DNA of 64,000 nucleotides. Source: Octopus vulgaris. Taxonomy: Eukaryota. The DNA lies in assembly GCA_951406725.2 (NCBI GenBank), contig OX597827.1:83514001-83578000 (forward strand), given 5' to 3'. Below are positions 1 to 11,974 of the stretch, in pieces. Under the pieces are notes generated by a model. The model made no database searches. It was not told where the DNA came from and worked only from the letters and a program-made list of their open reading frames with translations. Position 1 is the stretch's first letter. Every line of letters begins with the position of its first letter. Position numbers and translations under genes: made by a program.

Positions 1-961
1 AAATAGACTCCATCAAACACCAAGGGATAAAACTGGAAGTAGTTGAAAGATTCCATTACCTAGGTGACCAAGTCAGGAGCTGAGGTGGATGCTCTGAGAG
101 TGTAGCTGCTTGAATAAGAATAGGCTGCGCAAAGTTCAGAAAGCTCCTACCTCTGTTGGTAACTAAGGGCTTCTCCTTCAGAGTGAAGAGCAGATTGTAT
201 GATACCTGTGTGTGAACAGCTGTGCTACATGACAGTGAAACATGGGCTAAGAAATGAAGTTAGTATGCTCTACTGGATGTACAATGCCAGTGTGCATGTA
301 CGATAGAGTGTTAGTGTCTTGAGAGAAAAATCGGGTATAAAAGACATCAGTTGTAGTGTACAAGAGAGAAGACTAAGCTGGTATGGTCATGTCATGCATA
401 TGGACAAGAACAGCTGTGTAAGAAAGTGCCAATCTCTAATTGTGGAGGGAGCCTACAGAAGAGATAGACCCAAAAAGATATGGGACGAGGTGATGAAGCA
501 TGATCTTCAAACATAGGACCTCGCAGAAGCAATGACAAGTGCCCAAGACCTTTGGCAATATGCCATGCTTAAGAAAACTCATAAAGCCAATTGGAATCAT
601 AGTTGTGGTCAATACCGGTGTCACATAACAGGCACCCATGTTGGTGATACATAAAAAGCTCCCTTCAAGCATTGGACTCAAGGAGATGATTAGTGACCAA
701 GACCTTTGGCAACATGCCATACTTGAGAAGACCTGTCAAGCCAAGTGAAACCATTGGTGTGACCAATGCTGATGTCACATAACTGGTACCCATGCCAGTG
801 GCATGTAAAAAGCACCCACTACACTCTTGGAATGGTTGACATTAGGAAGGGCATCCAGCTATAGAAACCATGTCAAATCAGATTGGAACCTAGTGTAGGC
901 CTCCAACTTACCAGTTTCAGTCAAACTGTCTAACACACACCAGCATGAAAAGCAGATGCTA

Positions 962-1020
<59 letters not shown>

Positions 1021-1030
1021 AGATGATGAG
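1..1030 (+). mobile_element. RTE-clade LINE, 3' part (degenerate ORF2 C-terminus, 3' UTR, (GAT)n tail)
   Basis: ORF 319-516 VQERRLSWYGHVMHMD...RDRPKKIWDEVMKHDL is a typical RTE C-terminus. The family 3' UTR motif TTAGGAAGGGCATCCAGCT is present, with (GAT)n at 962-1029. Confidence 0.9.
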
Positions 1031-1194
1031 CTCCAATCAATCATAGCTTTGCAAGTAGATTTGGTAGACAGAAACTGAAAGAGGCCCTTTGTATATGCAT
1101 ACATACATGTATGTATGTGTGTCTAACACATGCCTGTAGGGAAAGCAGATACTGAATGATAATGATGATGATGATGATGATGATGATGATATAT

Positions 1195-1420
1195 ATCTTT
1201 TTCTTGTTTCATTCATTAGACTGCAGCCACGCTGAGGCACTGCCTTGAAGGATTTTAGTCAAACAAATTGATCTCTGTACTTATTATCTTTTTGTAAAAC
1301 CTGGAACTTATTCAATCAGTCTCTTTTGTCAAACAGATAAGTTATGGGGATGTAAACACACCAACACTGGTTATCAAGCAGTGAGGAGAGACAAACACAT
1401 ACACAAAGACACACACACAC

Positions 1421-1467
<47 letters not shown>

Positions 1468-1620
1468 ACAGGCTTCTTTCAGTTTCCATCTACGAAATGC
1501 ACTGACAAGGCTTTGGTCAACCCAAGGCTATAGCAAAAGACACTTTGCCCAAGGTGGCACGCAGTGGGACTAAACCCACTTGTGTTTGGGAAGTAAACTT
1601 CTTACCATACAGCCATGCCT
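1195..1620 (-). mobile_element. tRNA-derived CORE-type SINE with internal (CA)n/(TA)n
   Basis: Minus-strand head GGCATGGCTGTATGGTAAGAAG...GTCCCACTGCGTGCCACCTTGGGCAA. Same family as 10775-11180. Confidence 0.8.
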
Positions 1621-1647
1621 GACACACATATATACACATATATATGA

Positions 1648-1692
<45 letters not shown>

Positions 1693-1773
1693 TACATACA
1701 CATAGACATTCAGACATGGGTATATGCATATAAATATATTAGCTATTAGCTGGAGATGCAGCATTTGTAATGA

Positions 1774-2246
1774 ATATTAATTAACACATCCAACTTAACT
1801 AGGATGTATTGTTTTGAAAGCTGTAAACTGCAGTAAACATCTTAAGAAATCATTTCATATAGACACTCGGTGCTATAAAAAGCACAGATTATATCAGTTG
1901 ACAAAATGTTGTCTGTACTAATGGATGACATTATTGTATTACATGGCTTAATCATGGATTTTAAATCATCAAGAAGAGGCAGCCAAATCCTGAATGCAAG
2001 ATTGAAAATCTATCAAACTGGTATTGTTAACACTGGCTACACAGGGGTGTCACAAAAAACTGATAGACTGTATATAAATTAGATATTAGTGACAGAAGCA
2101 GCCTTTGTAACAAATATTAGTTACCACATATTCTGTACTTTTTATAGCACTTGGAGTTTATATGAAATGGTTACTCAGGACAGTTACTACAGTCTATGAT
2201 GTTCAAAACAACACAGTCAAGTTAAGTTGAATGTGTTAATCAATAT
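1774..2246. mobile_element. Fold-back element with ~115-bp diverged inverted arms
   Basis: 1774-1890 (ATATTAATTAACACATCCAACTTAAC...GTGCTATAAAAAG) is the approximate reverse complement of 2130-2246. It abuts (TA)n. Confidence 0.75.
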
Positions 2247-2272
2247 ATATATATATTATATATATATATATA

Positions 2273-3846
2273 TTGGAGAAACCATTATGAAAGACTGCTG
2301 AATGTGGAGAATGAATGGGAGGAGGAGAGCCTGCCAAATGTTGACCCAGTAGAAGGACCAGCTACCCGTATAGATAGCTCCCTAGTAGATAAAGCAATTA
2401 AGGGTATGAAGCCAGGAAAAGCCCCCGGCCCATCAGGAATCACTGCCGAGATGCTCAAAACATCTGGTGGTGTGGGCTATGGCCTAGTCACCTGCATTGT
2501 AAACCAGGTAGTTCATGATGAAGTCATACCCAATGACTGGTGTAGCAGCACCATAGTCAACTGCTACAAGGGTAAAGGTGATGCTCTAGATAGAAATAAC
2601 TACAGGGGTATCAAACTATTGGATCAGGTAATGAAGGTCACGGAGAGGGTCATAGCCCATCTCATCAGGGAGAGAGTCTGCTTAGATGAGATGCAGTTCA
2701 GTTTTGTGCCGGGTAGAAGCACCACTGGTGCCATATTCCTGGTTCGACAACTCCAGGAGAAATACCTAGCCAAAGATAAACCCCTATACTTAGCTTTTGT
2801 GGACTTGGAGAAAGCCTTTGACAGGGTCCCCCGATCCCTTATCTGGTGGGCGATGCAGAAACTGGAGATTGACGAATGATTAATAAGGGCTATACAGGCC
2901 CTTTACAGAGTGGCTGTTGTAAGGTTAGGATTGGCAATGAGCACAGTGAAGAATTCCGGGTAGAAGTTGGTTACCACCAAGGCTCAGCCCTCAGTCCCCT
3001 TCTATTCATCATAGTCCTCCAGGCAATAACAGAGGAATTCAAGACGGGTTGCCCCTGGGAGCTCCTCTATGCTGATGACCTAGCTCTTGTAGCAGAATCA
3101 CTACCAGAACAAAAGAAAAAATTTTGTGTGTGAAAGCTAGGTTTAGAATCAAAAAGCTTTAGAGTCAATGTAGCAAAGACCCAAGTTCTAGTAAGTAGGA
3201 AGGCAAACTCACCACACACCCCTTCAGGTAGGTGGCCCTGCCCGATCTGTAGAAAAGGTGTAGGTAGAAACTCCATAAGATGTACCCAGTGTAAGCTATG
3301 GACACATAAGAGGTGCAGCAACATCAAAGGAAAATTAACCAAGAAGATAGCTTTCGTGTGCGGCAGATGCACAGGGGCAATAGACACCATTGATACTCAG
3401 AAAACAGATTCCATTACAGTCCTGGGGGAGAAACTAGAAGTAGTCGATAGTTTCCGCTACCTAGGTGACCAAGTTAGTAGCAGGGGTGGATGCTCAGAGA
3501 GTGTTACCACTAGAATAAGAATAACCTGGGCAAAGTTTAGAAAGCTTCTTCCCCTACTGGTTACAAAGGGTCTCTCACTCAGAGTGAAAGGTAGATTGTA
3601 CGACACATGTGTGCGAACTGCCATGCTTCATGGCAGCAAAACATGGGCTGTGACTACGGAGGACATGCGTAGGCTCGAAAGAAATGAAGCTAGCATGATC
3701 CGCTGGATGTGTAATGTCAGTGTCCATGCACGACAGAGTGTAAGCACCCTGAGAGAAATGTTGGGCATAAGAAGCATCGGATGCAGCGTGCAGGAGAGAC
3801 GTTTGCGTTGGTATGGTCATGTACTACGGATGGATGAGGAGAGATC
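2273..3846 (+). mobile_element. RTE-clade LINE, 5'-truncated, frameshifted reverse transcriptase
   Basis: ORFs 2304-2879, 2876-3133 and 3356-3886 carry KAPGPSG, NYRGIKLL, FVDLEKAFDRVP, HQGSALSPLLF, LYADDL and FRYLG. Confidence 0.95.
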
Positions 3847-3849
3847 ATT

Positions 3850-4172
3850 TCAAATCCCCAGACTGGGCATTGTGAGTGTTTATTGAGCGAAAATACTTTA
3901 AGCTCCACGAAACTCTGGCAGGGAGTGGTGGCGAACCCTGTTGTACTCTTTCACCACAACTTTATCTCATTCTTTCTTCCTGTTTCTGTTGTACCTGTAT
4001 TTCAAAGGGGCCAGCCTTGTCACACTCTGTGTCACGCTAAATTTCCCTGAGAACTACATTAGGGGTACACGTGTCAGGAGTGCTCAGCCACTTGCATGTT
4101 AATTTCACAAGCAGGCTGTTCCATTGATTGGATCAACTGGAACTCTCATCGTCATAACTGACGGAGTGCCCC
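3850..4172 (+). mobile_element. tRNA-derived SINE lacking its A-box, joined to the broken LINE end
   Basis: TTCAAATCCCAGACTGGGCATTGTGAGTGTTTATTGAG matches the reverse complement of the SINE at 33155-33460 from the B-box onward. Confidence 0.75.
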
Positions 4173-4239
4173 CCCCACACACACACACACATATATATAT
4201 ATAAAATATACTTTAACTGAAATAAAGTTTCCTCAAAAT

Positions 4240-5010
4240 TAAACATACCTAATATAATAAATGTGAATGTGAGTGTGTCACACTTTTTCAACTTTAATAA
4301 ATCCTTTCTACTGGAAGCACAAGGCCTCAAATTTTAGGGGAAGGGATTAAGTCAATTACATCGACCCCAGTTTGTAACTGGTACTAATTTTATTGACCCC
4401 GAAAGGATGAAAGGCAAAGTCGACCTCGGTGGAATTTGAACTCAGAACGTAAAGACAGATGAAATACCGTTAAGCATTTCGCCCGGCGTGCTAACAATCC
4501 TGCCAGTTTACTGCTTTAGTATAATATGATAATATAATATAATAAATGTGGATGTCAGTGTGTCACACTTTTTCAACTTTACTCCTAGAGGCTATAGCCG
4601 AACATAACATGCCATTTTGGAATTAGGCTGACGCCTTGAGTAAATAAAAAACATTCCAGGCCAAATCCGGACCCACAATCCTGAAATTTTGGATTCCCAA
4701 GTCTTCATTACTGTGATTGTTTTCAGTGAATTTTTTACTTGACTTTTTGCAATAAATTTTTTTGTATGATAACAAATTTTAATCTAAAGGCTTCCAGACC
4801 GAATCTGGACCTGCAATCATGAAATTTTGGATTCCTATGCTTACATTACTGCGATTGTTTTTGGCGAGTTTTTTTTACATGATTTTTTGCGATGAATATT
4901 ATCATCATTGAGATATGACTCTGGAAGAAGCAATTGCAACAAAATCTCCAAAACAAGTCAGAGAACTGTTTGCAGATTTTCCCATTCAGGGTCAGTTGCT
5001 TAAAAGCTAG
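4240..5010 (+). mobile_element. Non-autonomous Helitron with a short RepHel coding remnant
   Basis: 4906-4974 translates H*DMTLEEAIATKSPKQVRELFA, matching the Helitron HWD.TL.EA...P.Q.R.LFA motif. It ends CTAG|T at 5007-5010 and has an internal ~137-bp duplication at 4655-4890. Confidence 0.7.
4303..4516 (-). mobile_element. tRNA-derived SINE (MetaSINE-like central domain) nested in the Helitron
   Basis: Minus strand has B-box GAGTTCAAATTCC followed by GCCTTTCATCCTTTCGGGGTCAATAAAATTAGTACCAG. Confidence 0.75.
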
Positions 5011-5019
5011 TATGCAATA

Positions 5020-5468
5020 ATCTATAATTGGAAAATTCTAGAAAAGCTAGTACCTAACTTTAGTATCAAGAGTTATGCAAATGTTCATACTGGATGCCAT
5101 TGCGTGGTACCAAAATACTGCCTACTCCATAGAAAGTATGGACCAGGTAATGTAATAGCTTGGGATTCAAAGGCCCACAGCTCTTCACTGCTCTGCCAAA
5201 AGAATCAAGAAACCTACACAATGTGGTTGTGGATGTTATCAAACAAGAACTACACATTCTCCTATCCACAATACCAAATGAAGCAATGTCTGGCATGAAG
5301 TACTGATTAGGGTATCAGTGTCAAACTACCTCATACATCAAATGGGCCACAAGAAATCATTCAAATAAGAGGGCTGTAGAAAGGTTACAAAGACAGGGTG
5401 GTGTTCCAGCACGACTACAGCTACATGGCTGAAGCACATAAAAGAAATAAGAATATAAATAAATAAAT
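5020..5468 (+). mobile_element. CR1/L2-group LINE 3' end, degenerate
   Basis: Translates WKILEKLVPN...NSLGFKGPQLFTALPK..RNLHNVVVDVIKQELHILLSTIPNE across frameshifts, followed by an A-rich tail. Confidence 0.7.
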
Positions 5469-5498
5469 GGACATATATATATCATCATCGTCATCGTC

Positions 5499-5532
<34 letters not shown>

Positions 5533-5871
5533 AAAGAAGAGGTGTATTCCCACGCAGTAAAAAATATAGGAGAATTTGTTTTCGAAAATGCACATAAATT
5601 TGAAAAACTTGTGGTTTTTAAATAGATTTATTTATATACATACCTAACTAGTTTCGACAATTTTTTGTTTATCAGTGATACAAATGTATACAGAACAATT
5701 GGATTAAACAGAGTTTAAAATTATAAAGTAGAAATCAAACAAACATATATAAATGTTCGAATGTTCTCATAAAATTCAATGACAGGGATAGATAATATCA
5801 AAGTAAATGTTCAGCAAATAATATAATAAATGTTCATTACTAAAAGTTCAGAGATATTGAGTTTTTATAGG

Positions 5872-6826
5872 TAACTAAGGGCCTGTTACTCAGGATGAAA
5901 GTTAGACTGTATGATGCATGTGTGAACTGCCATGCTTCACGGCAGTGAAACATGGACCATGACTGCTGAGGACATGCGTAGGCTTGAAAGAAATGAAGCT
6001 AGTATGATCTGCTGGATGTGTAATGTCAGTGTGCATATGTGACAGAGTGTGAGCACCCTGAGAGAAAAGTTGGACCTAAGAAGCATCAAATGTGGTGTGC
6101 AAGAGAGATGACTGTGCTGGTGTGGTCATGTGGTCATGTGTTACATATGAATGAGGACCCTAACTATGGAAGGAACCTGTAGACCCAGGAAGACATGGGA
6201 TGAGGTGGTGAAGCATGACCTTCAAACGTTTGGCCTCACATAGGCAATGACAGGAGACTGAGACCTTTGGATATATGCTGTGATTGAGAAGGCCCAGCAA
6301 CTAAATTGAGATCACAGCCATGGCCGATGCCAGTGTTGCATACCCTTGATGCATTGGGTGATGTGATATGCTTGAGAACACCTGTTGAGTCAAGTAAAAC
6401 CAAAACCGTAGCTGTGGCCATTGCTCCCTGACTGGCTCTCATGCCAGTGGCATGTAAAATGCACCGTCTGAACATGGTCAATGCCAGTGCTCCATGACTG
6501 GCTCCTGTGCCAGTGGCACGTAAAAAGCACCATCCGAACATGGCCGATGCCAGTTACCCCTGTCTGGCTCCCATGCTGGTGGCATGTAAAAAGCACCATC
6601 CAAATGTGATCAATGCCAGGCCCACCTGGCTGGCTCCTATGCCGGTGGCACGTAAGAAGCACCCACTACACTCTCAGAGTGGTTGGCATTAGGAAGGGCA
6701 TCCAGCTGTAGAAATATTGCCAGATCAGATTGAAGCCTAGTGCAGCCTCTGGCTTTCCAGACCTCAATCAAACCATCTAATCCATGCCAGCATGGAAAAC
6801 GGACATTAAACGATGATGATGATGAC
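5872..6826 (+). mobile_element. RTE-clade LINE 3' fragment with ~4 tandem 3' UTR units
   Basis: AMLHGSETW and ERNEASM motifs, GTGGCA(C/T)GTAAAAAGCACC repeated at 6410-6665, and a (GAT)n tail. Confidence 0.9.
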
Positions 6827-7216
6827 TGGGCTTTGGGAATCAGAGAGTATCTTTTATATATGTTTTTTTTTCATGTGAAAGGATCTAGAATTTTGATTTG
6901 TTAGAATTCTAATGATGCCTTATTCTTTCTGGTAGATGTTTTTGGTCAAAAAATAGATTTTGTTTTGGCATTAGCGTTTTGGTTCGTTGGTTGGTTCCCT
7001 ATTCATAGGAACAAGTTTTGATTGGTAGTATGCTTCATGACGTCACTTTATTATGATAAAGAACCTGTTTTTGTTTTGATCAAGTCTGGCGTTCTGTTTG
7101 GTTGACTTCCTTCTAGGGACTTGGTCATTAGTTTTGCCTAACGATCATCAATCGTTCCAGTTGGTTGACTTTCCTAAGGACTCTGTTTTTTTTTCCTGAA
7201 GGTCACACTCTGATTG

Positions 7217-7284
7217 GAGGTAAAATTTCATTGGTCTGGTGAGAAGTGACATCATTTCTCACTAGACCAATGAAATTTTACCTC
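7217..7284. repeat. Near-perfect 68-bp palindrome
   Basis: GAGGTAAAATTTCATTGGTCTGGTGAGAAGTGA-CA-TCATTTCTCACTAGACCAATGAAATTTTACCTC: 33-bp arms with 2 mismatches. Confidence 0.9.
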
Positions 7285-7402
7285 TGATTGGAACTGGACG
7301 CTTAGGGAAAAAAAAAAACTGACTCCTTGAGTCCCTAGAGAGACTACAGGTTTTTAAAATTCAGGTGCATTTTCAAAAACATGGATATATATATCCATGT
7401 AT

Positions 7403-7557
7403 AACTTCATTAGCCTACAGCTGTTTCTGCTATAAGAAACAGTAAACTCATAGTTGAGTGCCTGAATAACACCTTAGCTTCAATGGAGCCTCAACTAGGC
7501 ACACAACTATGAGTCCACTGCATCTTAGAGCAGAAACACCTGTAAGCTAATGAAGTT
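7403..7557. mobile_element. Short fold-back element (~60-bp arms)
   Basis: AACTTCATTAGCCTACAGCTGTTTCTGCT... pairs with ...AGCAGAAACACCTGTAAGCTAATGAAGTT. Confidence 0.8.
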
Positions 7558-7724
7558 CATAAAATAATCATTTATTCCTTTGTCATCTCTTTTTCTTATT
7601 ACTACTATATACTCAACTAACACTTCGTTCTGAAACATATGAATATTGAGTTCTACACAGGGTTATTAGTCTCACAATACCTAAGCGAAATATTAAAACA
7701 ATATGGATATATGCATATATAAAT

Positions 7725-9046
7725 ATCATCATTTAACATTCACTCTCCATGCTGTCATAGGTTAGACAGTTGAACTGGAGAGCTACACCAGATTGCAGTT
7801 TGATTTGATATTGTTTATACAGCCAGATGCCTTTCCTAATGCCAACCACTCCAGGAGTGTTATGGCACCAGCAGCGGCCACAACTATGATTCATGGGTGC
7901 CATTTACATGGCACCAGCAATAACCATGATTATGATGCACAGGTGTCATTTAAATGGCACTGGCAATGATCATGACAATTCACAGCATCAACCACAACTA
8001 TGATTTCACTTGGCCTGGTGAGTCTTCTCACACATAGCACATCACCAGAGATCATGGTCACTTGTCATCACCTCCATGAGGCCCCACATTCAAAGAGCGT
8101 GCTTCATCACCTCATCCCATGTCTTCCTCGGTTTACCTTTTCCATAGGTTCCTTCCACAGTTAGAGATTGGCACTTCTTTACACAGCCGCCCTCGTCCAT
8201 ACGCATCACATGACCATACCAATGCAGCCATCCCTCTTGCACACCACATCTGATGCCTCTTACGCCTAACTTTTCTCTGAAGATGCTAACACTATGTCAT
8301 ACATGTCATACTGTCAGTGCACATCTAGCAAAGCATATTATCATCATTTCTTTCAAGCTTATGCATGTCCTCAGTGGTCACCGCCATGTAGCATAGCTGT
8401 TCACACACAGGCATCAAACAGTATGCCTTTCATTCTGAGGGAGAAGCTCTTTGTTGATAGCAGAGGTAAGAGCTCTCTGAACTTTGCCCAGCCTATTCCT
8501 GTTATAGCAGCTACACTCTCGGAGTATCCACCTCCACAACTGACTTGCTCACCTAGATAATGGAAGCTATCAACTACTTCTAGCTTCCCCACTGGCATTT
8601 GATGCAGTCTATTCTCCACACATTTGTAGTGTTTATTGTACCTGTGCACCTTCCATACAAAAACTTTTCTCCCTGTTAACCTTCTTCTGGTATTGCTGCA
8701 CTTCTTATGTGTCCATAGCCTTACACTGGGTATATCTTATGGAGTTTCTATTGATGTCGTTTCTACAGATGGAGCAGGGTCATCTACCTGAAGGGATTTG
8801 TGATTTGTCTGCCTTCCGACATACTAAGACTTTGAGTTTTGCTAGATTTATTCTAAAGCCCTTTGATTCTAAACTTTGCTTCCATACCTGAAATTTCTTC
8901 TCTCGTTCTGGTAATGATTCAATTATGAGAATACAAGATCATCAGCATAGAGGAGCGCCCAGGGGCTGCCCATTTTAAATTCCTGTTATTGCCTGGAGGA
9001 TTATGATGGACAAGAGGGGGCTGAAGACTGATCTTTGATGAACCCC
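7725..9046 (-). mobile_element. RTE-clade LINE fragment
   Basis: ORF 8401-8649 KLEVVDSFHYLGEQVSCGGG...WAKFRELLPLL, LYADD near 8945, and a 3' tail at 7725-7860. Confidence 0.9.
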
Positions 9047-9137
9047 TGGCATGATAGTGTGGTAAGAAGCTTGTTTGCTAACCACATGGCTCTGGGTTCA
9101 GTCCCACTGCACAGCAACTTGAGCAAGTGTCTTCTAT

Positions 9138-10205
9138 CCAGTCATTAAGAATGAAATGTCTGATTATGCACCAAGTTTGACAGTCATTAACTCTAATATT
9201 TTATCCTGACAAATTCTTTGTTTTAGAACATTGAAGAGTTACATCATCATTTTCCGAAATGCAAATTCATTGTGTCTGATTATATTGTGAGTTTTCTCTT
9301 GTAAATCATTTTTTGTGAACTAATGGACAGATAAAATATTCATTTTGTTTATGAATATGAATTCTGTTGTGGAAGCAATGCATCCCAGACAACTCGAAAC
9401 ATCAATGAGGCGTTTGGTGAAGATGTGGCAAATGAGCAGACTGTACGTCGATGGTTTGAGAAAGTCCAGTCTGGTGACTTTACTCTTGGGAACCAGCTCC
9501 ATGGTAGACCTGAAACCAAGGTGGATAATGACGAGCTGGAAACTGTAGTGGAACCAGATACATCTCAAACCAGGCATGAGTTAGCAACAAGGTTTGAGGT
9601 TTTGATTCCAACTGTATTGAACCATCTGAAACAAATCAGCAAGGTAAAGAAGCTGGACAAGTGGGTACCACATGAATTAAATGAGCATCTTGAAACTTGC
9701 TGTTTTTTGCTGACATGGCATAAAAGCAAACCATTTTTGCATTGTATTGTTACATGTGATGAAAAATGGATTCTTTTCAACAATAGCAAGCATCCTGCAC
9801 AGTGGTTGGATAGAGACAAAGTGACAAAACACAACCTAAAAAAGAATATTCACCAAAAGAACTAATGGTGTCTGTTTGGTGGTCCAGCACTGGTGTCATC
9901 CACTACAGCTTCATGAGAACTGGTAAATCAATTACAGCAGATGTATACATCAACCAATTGGTTGAAATGATGAGTAAACTTGCAATCAAACAACCAAGAC
10001 TGGTCAACAGAGACAGGCTAATTCTCTTGCACAACATGTTACATTGACCACATGTTACACAAAGAATCCTACTCAAGTTACAGGAACTGAAGTTGAAAGT
10101 ACTCCATCATCCATCATATTCACCAGACCTTGCACCAACTGACTATCACGTTTTCCAGGCATTAGACAACTTTTTGCAAGTAAAAATCTTCAAATCTGAA
10201 GAAGG
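9138..10205 (+). mobile_element. Mariner transposon (Hsmar1-like), degenerate, 3' end lost
   Basis: ORF 9425-9865 has TVRRWF, GRP, WVPHEL and VTCDEKW, with HPSYSPDLAPTDYH near 10105-10150. Confidence 0.92.
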
Positions 10206-10229
10206 TTCTGGTGGCTCATAAAAATTACC

Positions 10230-10488
10230 ATTTGAGCGTGACTGATGCCAGTACTGCCTGATTGGCAACTGTGCTGGTGGTATGTAAAAAGTACCATTTT
10301 TTAGTGTGGGCAATGCCAGTGCCACCCGACTGGTTCTTGTGCCAGAAGCATGTAAAAGTATCCACTACATGCTCAGTGTGGTTGGCATTAGGAAAGGCAT
10401 CCAGCTGCAGAAACCTTGCCAAATCCAACCCATGCCAGCACGGAAAGCAGACATTAAACGACAATGATGATGATGATGATGATGATGA
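10230..10488 (+). mobile_element. RTE 3' tail fragment
   Basis: GGTTGGCATTAGGAAAGGCATCCAGCTG...CCATGCCAGCACGGAAAGCAGACATTAAAC(GAT)n. Confidence 0.8.
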
Positions 10489-10504
10489 AATATATATATA
10501 TATG

Positions 10505-11822
10505 ATTAATGAAAGAGATGGCAGATGGAAGGTACAAGAATGTGTATTGATCACTACAATCGTTTCGACCCATCTAGTATCGATCCCTCATGGGTAGGAT
10601 ACTGAACAACTGGTTTAGGAGTATCTGCTGGTGTATCCAGTTGTTTGGTATTCCACCTGCGAGGCATCGAAACAATTGTAGTGACCAATAAACATTCTCG
10701 TATCTTCCATCTTCCATCTTTCTCATTAATGTGAAAGTGAGCTACCAGGTGTATACCATACATTTTATTATCTCTTTTAGTACTCTTTTTTACTCTTTTA
10801 CTTGTTTCAGTCATTTGACTGCAGCCATGCTGGAGCACCGCCTTTAGTCGAGCAAATCGACCCCGGGACTTATTCTTTGTAAGCCTAGTACTTATTCTAT
10901 CGGTCTCTTTTTGCCGAACCGCTAAGTGACGGGGACATAAACACACCAGCATTGGTTGTCAAGCAATGCTAGGGGGACAAACACAGACACACAAACATAC
11001 ACACATATATACACATATATACAATGGGCTTCTTTCAGTTTCCGTCTACCAAATCCACTCACAAGGCTTTGGTTGGCCCGAGGCTATAGTGGGAGACACT
11101 TGCCCAAGATGCCATGCAGTGGGGCTGAACCCGGAACCATGTGGTTGATAAGCAAGCTACTTACCACACGGCCACTCCTCTATTTATTATATATTTATAT
11201 ATTTGACTAAAAAGTCTTTAAGGCAGCCACAGTATAATGACTTAAACAAGTGAATGTTATATGGATGTGTGTGTGTGTGTGTGCGCGCGCGTATGGACAT
11301 ATATAGTCTTTAACTCTTCAACCAGTTTCAGATCAATGGCTGCAGTTATGCTGGGGCACCATTATTGACTTTGTTACACCTTCATTATTTGAAACCTCTT
11401 CTAACAGGTGGCACTTGGGGAATGAGGGAGTCTGATGCTGCTGCCCTCATCTGTGTTTCCTGTTTTAAGGTAGGCTCATCCAGAACCATTACTAATGGTT
11501 ATATCTCATACTTTTTGTGCTGTATTGCGCATTTCTTTCTTTTAGCATCTGATATTTGTTATTGACCTTCCATAATAATGAAGCTGTATCCCTCAATTTG
11601 CTGCTTTTCTATACACATACTGAGAAGAAATCTTGCGGATCAGAAGTTATTTTAACAAGGTACATCTTGTAATCACCCAAGAAGATACATCTACACCAAT
11701 GGATCCACCTAAACCAGATGTTCAGTATCCCACCCATGAGGGATTAATGCTAGATGGGTCAAAACAATTGTAGTGATCAATAAACTTTCTCTTATCTTCC
11801 ATCTTCTGTTTCTCTCATTAAT
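10505..11822. mobile_element. Penelope-like-derived element with inverted and direct pLTR-like repeats carrying hammerhead-like motifs
   Basis: 10505-10568 is inverted at 10667-10730, and 10505-10640 is inverted again at 11695-11822. The arms carry (G/A)AAAC-(A/G)ATT-GTA-GTG. Confidence 0.6.
10775..11180 (-). mobile_element. Young full-length tRNA-derived CORE-type SINE
   Basis: Minus-strand A-box GTGGCCGTGTGG and B-box GGTTCAGCCCC, then CORE-like CATCTTGGGCAAGTGTCT, a CA-rich spacer and tail GCTCCAGCATGGCTGCAGTCAAATGACTGAAACAAGTAAAAG. CpGs are retained. Confidence 0.85.
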
Positions 11823-11923
11823 CAAATACCAAACAAACACTGTGACAGTGAACATGCTTTACTGCTACACTACCACGTGTATGCCATACAATTTATTAAC
11901 TAATAATATATATACACACATAC

Positions 11924-11971
<48 letters not shown>

Positions 11972-11974
11972 ATA

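Larger units (their letters stand above)
5531..7385. mobile_element. Probable Penelope-like-derived element with inverted termini, interrupted by an RTE copy
   Basis: 5578-5615 TTTTCGAAAATGCACATAAATTTGAAAAACTTGTGG is inverted at 7343-7380. A hammerhead-like motif lies at 5630-5685 (-), and the element is flanked by (TA)n. Confidence 0.55.

Noticed and set aside
9425-10047. SETMAR-like domesticated gene
   Set aside because: It has stops and frameshifts, a truncated end and no SET domain.
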